43,381 nt of DNA from Basidiobolus ranarum (lineage: Eukaryota): positions 1-43,381 of the forward strand of contig JASJQH010000032.1 of the NCBI GenBank assembly GCA_040143965.1, in the 5' to 3' direction. The notes below the pieces were generated by a model. It had not been told where the DNA came from. It ran no database searches and saw only the letters and a list, made by a program, of their open reading frames with translations. The position numbers and the translations under genes were made by a program. Each line of letters opens with the position of its first letter. The stretch's first letter is position 1. This document shows, piece after piece, positions 1 through 10,453 of the stretch.

Positions 1-998
1 GCTTAGATGACGGGCTACTGATATTTCTAATGGAGTAACTTGCCTCTAAGTCCATGCCGACAATTACTTTGTCTACATCATACATAAGCAATTCGGAACT
101 TCCATAAATAGCATGAATAAACTCCTTGTTATGTTTTTCAAGATACACCAGCTATATGATGTTGATGTGAGCCCATTTGCGAAATATCCAAACCACAGTT
201 CTACTTTACTTACCTGAGCCCAAGCAGAGTAAGGTGCTCTGATAAATTCGATTTTGTGAGAATGCAAAATCTCAAAAACCAGATTCAATAAATCCGGCTG
301 GTAGATAGAGCCTGAGCTAATCCAACCACTCATTGCTTGATCCATCTTTCCCTTTTCATATGCATCCCATGCGTTGGCACGCTTCTGTGGTCGAGTGTCC
401 TCACTTGAAAACGGTTTATCTTTACGAATTAGAGACAACCCGTTAAATACGAAAAATGGCTGGATATCGTGTGATCTGATTATAATGAGATCAAGTTAGT
501 ATAGGATGGACATCATAAGCTATTCTATTTAATAAGCCTCGTTGGCGCTACAGGAGACTGGAATATGGCAGAACAAATACAAGAGTCACTTTGTAAACGC
601 CCGCTACTATACGAATCGAAATACAATTTGTATTTACTTACTTAAATAATTCCAATTCTCGTTCGATGGCAGCCTTTAAACCGAAAGGAGCACCACCCAT
701 TGCCGCAGGAGTTGCTTCGCGGACTGTAGCCTGTAGTAGCTTACGTAACCAATAGGCTCCATCAATGCCTAAACGGATGTTCTTTAGTAGTATCAAGGAG
801 GAATGTTGTAGAAGGCGACGCTCCGCAGTGAAAACTAAAAATATTTTCCAAAATATTTATTAGTATTTGCAAGAATGCAGGATAGAAATTTTACAACTAT
901 ATTGAAAAGTGAAGTAACCAAAACATCCGGCCATTCCTTTCATCATTTCAAACTTGAGTACAAGTAAAATACTTACTATCAAAATGTCGAACAGGCAT
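1..998 (-). CDS. MKT1: Mkt1-like PIN/XPG-family post-transcriptional regulator, 5' part (runs off the window)
   Basis: Exons 998-977, 834-642, 475-214 and 151-44 splice to MPVRHFDIFTAERRLL...RLGIDGAYWLRKL...AAMGGAPFGLKAAIERELELFK SHDIQPFFVFNGL...EFIRAPYSAWAQLVYL...HAIYGSSELLMYDVDKVI. These are the typical Mkt1 N-terminal (XPG-N/I-like) motifs. Confidence 0.85.
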
Positions 999-1731
999 AA
1001 TAATTATTGTCTCCACTAGGGTTTAGCCTTTTCTTTGAAGTACTTTAAACTAAGGAAAGCGGGGGTATAGAACGAGCTTTCTGTATCTAATAAAATAACT
1101 GAAAATGAGCACTAAGGGAATTCCTTGCTGCTCTTGAAATGTATGGTAAAGTTGAGTAGAAAATGGCAGAATATGCTTGGATAATTGTATTCGGGTGAAA
1201 GTGAACTATGCTAGCGATTATATCAAGTATCTAATCAGTTTATACGATTATGAAGGTCACTAACATACGTATCACCTCAAATCCGTTGACAGGAACTAGC
1301 GACATTCTATACCATTTTTGGAGATAGTGATTTTACGTACATAGTATCGCAATCAACTTATGACTTGGATTAAGATTTCTTCATGAGGTGCACTCAGAAT
1401 CTGACCAAGAAAAGGGGTGATGGGTACAATTGCTGAAATACGTAAACTTCGGTTGCAAAAAGGAATCAATCACTCTTGGACGATTAACTCATTCCCTTTT
1501 TTGTACGAGCTGTGATATCTAAACTTAGCACCAATAATTCACCATGCATTATTCCTTTCCGAGATTTGGGTAGAATTTAGGGATAGAATGTGATTGATGA
1601 CTATAAAGATTAATCGATGTAATCTTGATGTACATTTGCCCTTGTCCAGATCAGATGGGTTTCATAGGAATTTAAACAGGGGTTCACAGCCTCAGCAAGC
1701 TCGAGGGTCAATTGCTCTCGGTCAGTATTAA

Positions 1732-2497
<766 letters not shown>

Positions 2498-3555
2498 AGT
2501 TCAATTGGTTTACTTTTATTACCTCACTATTTTGTGTTGTGTTTATTTATATTCAGCACAATTTCGTCACTCCTTTGTTTAACCTTTCCTCCTCACGAAT
2601 TTGTTCAAACTTATGAATAGATGTTTTTTTCGAAAGAAAGTCTGACTTATCATTGTTTATATTGCTTTTACTTTACCAATAATCTTCCTGGATTTTGACT
2701 TGATATCGATCGAACATCTAGTATAATGAAGTAATGAACATCTTCAAACATATCACACACAATAATGGCTTGGTTTAGATTACGTCTACCTCAACGTCAT
2801 AAATCTTGGGATATTCTGGCAATTTTCACCAACAATTTCCCCTCTTTTTCGCCAGGGGATAAGTGATGAAATGGAATTTCTTTGTATCAATTGTATTTGT
2901 GTATTGTAGGTGTGATTCAATGGTATTTTACTATATTTCTGATCCAATATAGATTAGTGAGAAAATTTCAATCGATTCATAACACATTTGTATTCCATTA
3001 AGGTCCTTTTTGGTATCATTTCTCCTGATACCACGTAAACCCTTATGGCTGGAAGAAAGGCAGCCTTTCCCCCTTAATCATCATACTAAGAACAAGGCTA
3101 GAGTGATTTTTTTTGACACATGATAACTTCATAGGATATCCAATCAGGCTGTTGGAACTAGTATAGAATGTTACACTCTCAAGATAATATGGTAAAGTAC
3201 GTTTGTTGGAACTATTTGAGGACCGCATGTTAATACTAACAACTAAGAATTAACTATGGCTCAAAAAAAAGGAAATATATGGTAGAGAAGTGAGCAAGGG
3301 ATGAAATAGTTGTGTGGGGATGAGACAAGCCTTGAAGCTTAAGTATATATGAATGGCGAGGTAGTATGGGTGCTCAAGGAAACGCTTAATAGGAACGTTG
3401 ACTAAAGTCATGTTAAGAAATGCACCAACGATATAGAATTACATAAAATAAAGGGTGTATAAGGTTGGTTTTAGACTGAAATGTATATAGAATAGAATGA
3501 AATAAACGGGAGTAATACGGTATAACATCATGGCAATATAACACGAGCTGGAGTC

Positions 3556-6511
3556 TTAGGCGGTAACCTTAGTTTTGATTTCCTTGTGAAGTTGAATATC
3601 GTCATAACTAGCATCTAGGATAATTATATCATTTGTGGGGCCTACGGAGACGGAGGGTGGTGGATGATAAGTAATGGTTGAAAGTAACTGATTAATTTCT
3701 GCCCGATTGGCATTGTGAATATCAACAGTATTCGATGACCATTTTGGAAGCCCTGGGCCCCATGAGAGTTTTCCGAAATTAGCAGAAACCTTCAGGGTGA
3801 ATTTGGTCACATCGGCGGACCCACCACGTACGAAAACTACATTCAATCCATGGAGAGTTTCGCCTTCCTTGGGTGGTGCTTTTATGGTAATATCACTGGC
3901 CCCCATCAATTCGACGCGAGGCAAATTATCCATAGTCTTCAGAGTGAAGTTTTGGAAGATGACATCGACCACACTGCCATGCTTAATCTCGATAGAATTG
4001 GTCATTTTACCGAACAAATGAAGCGACCATGTTTTCTCTGACCAAGATTGAACCTGTGTATCAGCATCGCGGTTAGCCCGGAACATGGCATCCACCGCGA
4101 GGTAACCGACCGGATAAAGGACTTCAGAATCCAAAATATTCAATCCATACTTCTCCAAATAACGATTGTTGCGCACATAAGAGGTGAGAACCTTCGGGCC
4201 AAGACAGTTGTAGCAGTCAGCTGGGATTTCATTTCTAAACAAACTCTCCATCATCTCCCTAAACATGATACGACCACGGCGGAACCTCATCACACCATTG
4301 GCGAGGTACTTGCCAGTATCATCGAGGGTCCATTCTTTATCACTCTCCACCTTCGAGGTATCAGATCCAACAAATTCCATTTGAGTATCTTGAGGAAATT
4401 GAAGCCAAAGGGCGTCCATATCCATATACAACCCACCGTATTTGTACAGACATACAGCTCTTAAATAATCCGATTGACGTACAGGCATGATAGATGACTG
4501 CTTCTGTTCGTTCCAGGTTTTTACCCAACCTTCGCTGTTAGGTCCGAAATACCATCCACGAGACAAGACAAGATCCTTGTCAAACTTAACTACGTGAACT
4601 TGGTATCCGCTTCGCTTAAATTTGTCAAAGAAATTGTCAGGTAAAGTGTTGGAGAGAACCAATACAACTGCTCGGGGATTGTGAACAAAGACCAACTCTA
4701 TGCACTTGAAATGCCTGTCTAGGAACGTAGATTGCCCTGTGGTCCAAATAACCCAATGTAGTAAACTCCAATCGGCGGTTTCAGAGTAGATTGAAGTTTT
4801 GGTGCTTAGCAAATCTGAAATGATCCAATCATCGGCAACATCAGGGTTGATCAAGTTAGGGTCCTCGAATAACTCTCTCTTGCTCTCTTCAATCGTCAAA
4901 GGATCGGGCTTTGTGGTTAAAGTAATACCCTTGACACGATCACAAGAGAATCCCCAATCGTGCCAAGAGGTACCACGACCTGTGCAAGGGTAACACATAG
5001 CACAAAAGAATTGTCTGAAACCATTACATAACCTACGGCCATTAACGACATTATCGTACATGGCATACATGTCTGGAGTAACTTTGAAGGCGTCACTGAA
5101 ATGTTTGGCAATCATGTCATCTTCACAAACATCATTTTGTTGAATGCGGCGATCGTGCTTTGGCTTGATGTTGTAGGGATATAGCCATAGGCCCAAGTTT
5201 TGATCCTCGTTCTTCGTATAAAGTCTAGGGCCATCACTTACAATACGAGAGACAACATCTTTGGATAGAATGTATAGAGCACCAGCAACGTAAGGTGGGA
5301 AGTAGCCCAGGTCATAGTCAAAGGCAGAGTTTTTGTTCGAGCTATCTCTGATAGGTGGGATATCATAGTAAGCTAAGCCTCTCCAATACCATTGTTGAGG
5401 AGGCATCTGTAGCATTTCGTCCCAAACAGTGTCAAATCGAACAAAAATATCATCATCTGTTTTAACGAGGTAATCAAAATCGACGCCATTGGCCCACTCG
5501 AGTGATTTATATGACTTTTTACTCAAGTCCTCATATAAATCAGATGAAGATAACATCAGTATATCTTTATACTGCTCTGTCTCTTGTTCAATTAGTTCCG
5601 ACATTTGTTGCTGTAAACCACCATTCGGTGGCTCTCCAAGAATAAATCTATAAACTGTGGAAATTTGGTCCGAGTTCTTGGGGACTAGTTTGAGAGTAGT
5701 TTCGCGGAAAACTTGACGTTTTTCGTAACTTCTTCGACTCCATGAGGATATGATAACGACCACCATCTTCACCTTAGAATGAGAAATAAGCTCGGTGGAA
5801 CTCACGTTTCGGTTGCCATAAAACACCGGATCTTTGGAATTTTCCGGTACAGTGTATCGAATGTTAGAATTAACATGGAGTAATAATACTAAACTAAGCA
5901 TGGACAATAGAGCAATCGTTGGTAGTACAGCCCATAACAAAGAGCTTAAAGAGACTGGCGGCTGATTAAATATCTGTGATTTAGCGCGAGAGCTAATATA
6001 CCACTCAACAACTAAGCCAAAAGCAGACAAAAAAGAAATCAACACCCAAGTCCAAATTGGCTCCGTGGCTGCATATCTGGAGGCCAAATAGCCAGTAGTG
6101 CCCCATAGAATAAGGTATAAGACTATAGTCTTCCGAACGATTGCAGGCATTACATCCTTATATAACCATCTACCCATAACTGCTTCAACTAAGCGGAAAT
6201 TTAACGCGGCAGTGAGCAGACACTATAGCATCAATAGAAACGTGTATTTAGTACGAGTTGTAGAAGAATGATAAATAAGAAATTCAAAATACCCATAGTC
6301 CAGCGACAATGTATTCCACAGCGCTAATCTTATATGTTAACATTCCAGTGCGAAAGATACATATTAAGTTATATAATACGCCGAATAAACCAGGTACTAA
6401 GCTGGCAGCTCTAAGCAACTTTAAGGGGAGATAATGCTTTCGGAGTAAAGTAGAACCAACAGGATTTCTCCATACAGTTGGCAGAATTGAAGGAGAGCTC
6501 GGATGATGCAT
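3556..6511 (-). CDS. Multidomain membrane glycosyltransferase (~961 aa): EOS1-like multi-TM N-terminus + GT31 (beta-1,3-galactosyltransferase-like) + GT32 (alpha-1,4-Gal/GlcNAc-transferase-like, DxD) + C-terminal Ig/cadherin-like domain
   Basis: Exon 6511-6293 (73 codons) joins in frame through a 70-nt GT-AG intron to exon 6222-3556. GT31 motifs: YLVKTDDDIFV, PPYVAGALYILSKD, NEDQNLGLWL. GT32 motifs: SDYLRAVCLYKYGGLYMDMD, LANGVMRF, GPKVLT, SLHLFGK. Confidence 0.88.
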
Positions 6512-7080
6512 CCTGTCTCAAATTAATACAGTACAACTAGATGAGAGGTTGCAAGGTTTATAAACGAAGTATTAGATATATATTACTGTAATTATGGAAT
6601 AAATAACAAGATCACTATACGAAGATGCAAGCTCAGAATAAGAGAAGGAGAGAAGATACCGAAATAAACCCACTTTTTCTAAACAGAAAAATTTGGCGCA
6701 AGGTATGAAGCCGGAAACAAAAGCCAGAGGGAAGAAATGCACCCCTTCAAAATTGAGGTTATCGATTCGAGGTTAGGGAGAGCAAATTAATAGCCAATGG
6801 GAATTACTTTCGATAATTGGTTCAAGTAATCTCCAACTATTTTTACTCGAGAGGTAGAATTGGAACAGAAGCTACAAATCGATGCCAAGAGCCGTATCTC
6901 ACTAAGCTTACTTTGCTTTTGGTTGGAGACACCCCAGAGTTAGGGCGCCATTGGTAATCTGTGTGCAAATAATAATATCTTTCAATCATTGGATAAGTAA
7001 ATGCCCACAAGTTACTCAAAGTAAACAGTAATGTTGATTAAACAGTGCACCGAGAGGTTATAAGGAGATCCATCTAGATC

Positions 7081-7158
7081 GTAGGTACATAGGGAATTGT
7101 AGGTATATAGGGAACTATATAGGGAATTATAGATATATAGGGAGTTATATGGGGAATA
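7081..7158. repeat. Degenerate minisatellite with a TATAGGGAA core, about 5 copies
   Basis: gtaggtacatagggaattgtaggtatatagggaactatatagggaattatagatatatagggagttatatggggaata. Confidence 0.8.
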
Positions 7159-7309
7159 GTGATAAGATTTGACTTGATTAAGGAAACCCATTTTATTTGT
7201 CTACAATTTGGTTTATCTCATCCATTTTTCACACAACTCGCTTATCACCAATCAGCAACAGCAGCATGTCAGGAGCGTGGAAGGGCTAGAGTTTGGCTAT
7301 AGTAAAGAA

Positions 7310-7339
7310 CAGTGATATTCTGCAGTGATATTCTGCAGT
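7310..7339. repeat. Perfect 13-bp tandem duplication (CAGTGATATTCTG) x2.3
   Basis: cagtgatattctg cagtgatattctg cagt. Confidence 0.85.
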
Positions 7340-7819
7340 TGGTGGATGCTACATGCATAGTATCATCTCAAAGATACCAGAAATCTCCCTTAAAAATGCA
7401 CAACCCTATATTTTACAGCGTTGATTATGTGAACTAAGACTAGCCACATGCGCCTCATTTTCCTCTGTTGCTGCTCTCTTGGTACAAGTGATAGTTGATC
7501 ACAATTGTAGAATCGCGTTCCTTATATTGGCACCTTTGATGCTCAGCATGGATGTGTTTCTTCATCTATGCTACGTCAACTTGATGCATCCCTGATTCAA
7601 TCGCCATAGGTAGGGTGATGCCGAAAAGATCTTACTAACTACAGTAGGGAGATGCTGGGAAGTTGTGCTTCCTTATAAAGAAATTATATAATCATAATTA
7701 CCACTAACGCGAGATTCATTTTACGTCTTGAGTGACTGTTATTGATCTGTCTTGTCTGTTCGCCTAGCCATCATCCAGCACTACTCTTTATCTACTGATC
7801 AATACCTCCAAATCCTGTT

Positions 7820-8362
7820 ATGCTCATATTCACCGTAGTCCTCGCTTTGTTTTCTTTGATTTCGGGCACCCTAGGTCAGCTTGTTTCATCTAGTACTACT
7901 GGTATCGCCCCAGTAGGGTCTACAAAATCATCATGTGGTGCCCACAATGTTATGGTTTTATGTGTTCAAACCAACACTGAGAAACAAGCTGGTTGTGTAG
8001 CTTTCCCTGATCCTCGTCTCTGTCAGTGTCAATATCAGCATGCTGTAGTGACATGTTACGACCTTTGCAAGGGTGATGTAGGAGCTACCGCAGAGCGACC
8101 ACGGGCTGAAGGAGACACGGTAACCTTGTGTCAAGGCTACAATAACTCCCAGATATTTCCTCCCCAACGAGGAAACCCAGCAACTCAGCCCTCTGCTTCT
8201 TCCCTTTCACCTTCCAAAGCTATACCTGGGCAAGGAGCCTCCGCTGGTGTTCCTAACACTCCTTCCAAATCTTCGTCTCTACAGACAAATTCACAGACTC
8301 AATACCTAATTGTCGCTCTCATGGCTCTTACTATGTCGTTTGTGGTAGAGCACTTTTCCTGA
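7820..8362 (+). CDS. Secreted, probably GPI-anchored 8-Cys (CFEM-like spacing) Ser/Thr-rich cell-surface protein, 180 aa
   Basis: Hydrophobic signal peptide MLIFTVVLALFSLISGTLG, an 8-cysteine domain (C..C..C..CQC..CYDLC..C), an S/P/T-rich stalk and a hydrophobic C-terminus YLIVALMALTMSFVV. Confidence 0.8.
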   Translation: MLIFTVVLALFSLISGTLGQLVSSSTTGIAPVGSTKSSCGAHNVMVLCVQTNTEKQAGCVAFPDPRLCQCQYQHAVVTCYDLCKGDVGATAERPRAEGDTVTLCQGYNNSQIFPPQRGNPATQPSASSLSPSKAIPGQGASAGVPNTPSKSSSLQTNSQTQYLIVALMALTMSFVVEHFS

Positions 8363-9215
8363 TCCATCTTTCTAGTTATAATCAATGACCCATTTCCCAC
8401 GCTGTGCCTTCAACTTTGGTCTGACAATTTAACATTTTATTTGATTTCTTCAATACACTCTTTTTATTCTTTGGCACAACTCAATCTACATATACTGAAC
8501 CTCATTAGTACTGTCCACCTTATACTGGCTTCTGTAATCTTCCATGGTAAACAAACAATAACAAATATGATTGGTTGCGTCTGGTCAATATCTTGTATTA
8601 ACATAGTACTAGCATAAGTAGCATATTAAATATACATTCCCATCATTATCCTCAAATATGTATAAATATCTACTCACATAGAGTGTCTTGGCGATTGTTA
8701 ACGCGTAAGAATTTGCATTGCGTACCACGTAACGTACTATTTATATGCATTAGAGCGGAGGTGTCCTTGACTGCGCAATTGACACAGTTGTTTTTAATGT
8801 ACTTCACACCGTCTTGGACATTGGATGAGTGGAGTTAAAGTTGGTATGAGCTACCAGGTCACCATTGGCGGAAGTGAAATGTTCCCAAATTATCACATAA
8901 ATTAAAGACTGAGTGGGTGGGTGGGGCGGATGAATCTGAACCTAATTACTAGTTGAATCATCGCCTATTTCATGCTTGGTAATGATCCATTCTTTGCGTA
9001 GATAGACAAATCATGGATCGGATATCCGTTCTGGATTTAGAAAAAGATCACTTACACCATGGATGACTAGAAATCCCGTTCATCATGGGGATTCTCCGAT
9101 AATTGGTGGATTTTTGTTGTTACCAGGATAAGAACAATTTGTTTACTAAAGAACCGCGTTTACTATTCTTGGCGTCATAGGTGATTCAATCAAGAAAACG
9201 AATAGAAAAATCCCA

Positions 9216-9236
9216 GACGTCATTGATATATATAAG
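9216..9236 (+). promoter_or_regulatory. CRE-like GACGTCA plus TATA box (TATATATAAG) upstream of SCP1
   Basis: gacgtcattgatatatataag lies ~75-90 nt before the ATG at 9309. Confidence 0.45.
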
Positions 9237-9308
9237 CCTGAGTTGGAAGTAAATCTTCACCATCTATTCCTATATTTCTTTTTCATTTACTTTTCTTTTC
9301 AACAAACA

Positions 9309-9890
9309 ATGTCTTTGCCTTTATATGGAATTGATAGAGACCTCGCTCGTAAAATCGCCGGGAAATACGACCCTGAGCGTGAACGTCAAGCTCGTGCCTG
9401 GATCGAGACAGTCCTTGGCGAATCATTACCCTATGACAACTTCTTCGATTCCTTACATGACGGTATTATCTTGTGCAAGCTAGTTGACAAAGTATTCCCT
9501 GGTCAAGGGAGATATAACACCTCCAAGTTAGCCTTCAAACAAATGGAAAATATCAACAAATTCCTAACTGCAGCCGGTCAACTTGGATGTCCATCAGTGG
9601 ATTTGTTTCAAACGGTGGACTTGTATGAGAAGAAAAGCCCTGGTCAAGTGGTGGACGCAATCTTTTCGTTCGCTAGATATGCTATAAAGAATGGTTTAGA
9701 TGCTCCCCCACTAGGCCCCAAAGTTGCCGATAAACACGAGGTACACTTTACGCCAGAACAGCTGAATCGATGCAAAAGCGTGATTAATACCCACCAAATG
9801 GGTTACACCAAAGGTGCCAATCAGTCAGGGATGAGTTTTGGTTCGAGATTAGAAATTAGCGGATACGACACTTCCAGAAGAGGCAAATGA
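9309..9890 (+). CDS. SCP1: Transgelin/calponin-like actin-binding protein (CH domain + calponin repeat), 193 aa, intronless
   Basis: MSLPLYGIDRDL...SLHDGIILCKL...FKQMENINKFL...DLFQTVDLYEKK, followed by the calponin repeat QMGYTKGANQSGMSFG. The ATG at 9309 is preferred over the ORF-track TTG at 9243. Confidence 0.92.
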   Translation: MSLPLYGIDRDLARKIAGKYDPERERQARAWIETVLGESLPYDNFFDSLHDGIILCKLVDKVFPGQGRYNTSKLAFKQMENINKFLTAAGQLGCPSVDLFQTVDLYEKKSPGQVVDAIFSFARYAIKNGLDAPPLGPKVADKHEVHFTPEQLNRCKSVINTHQMGYTKGANQSGMSFGSRLEISGYDTSRRGK

Positions 9891-10453
9891 GAGACGTCAA
9901 TCTTAATTGAACTCACCTTGACCACGTACCACTGTTTTACTCTTGCATTGACATTTTAGCATTACCTTGTATGTTTCTTCACGAATGGATTTACTTTAGA
10001 GAAGAAAATCCGATATCAAATGTCGTATTGTATCATATATATATATTCCAATAAAAAGTTGATATTATCTTAGTTTTTTCTTATTTAATGTAGACAGTCT
10101 GGTACAAAAGTTTCGAGTAGTTCTACGACTAGCTCTACATCTTGAAGTATATAAGTTTCATTTCACGATAGTATACCAAAGTATCATATAGAAAACACAT
10201 GGCGCCAAAAAATTTACGAAAGTATGTGTAGAAGAAGGAAATAACCAGGGAAGACAACAAATAGACGATAAAATTGACATTTTCCAAAGGCCATCTACAA
10301 ATCATAACTTGTCCTCAACTACATGTTGACTTGTATTGTTGAATAAATTATGGCAAAGACATGAGGAAGAGGAACTGAACGGAATAAAATAAAACAATTA
10401 AAGAAATCACATAGCTTCTTTGGAAAATAATACTAAAAAGGTTCCGTATTGTT

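Noticed and set aside
835-976. Possible intronic C/D snoRNA in MKT1 intron 1 (ATGATGA on the sense strand)
   Set aside because: There is no downstream CTGA D box or terminal stem. The long UBC4 intron 1 has CTGA motifs but no C box.
6692-6699. E2F-like TTTGGCGC sites (also at 10202-10209)
   Set aside because: One lies in a convergent 3' region and none was seen upstream of ORC1, the expected target, so they may be chance matches.
7081-7158. Minisatellite considered as a CRISPR or telomeric array
   Set aside because: It has no unique spacers, the context is eukaryotic, and the unit is irregular and not TTAGGG.
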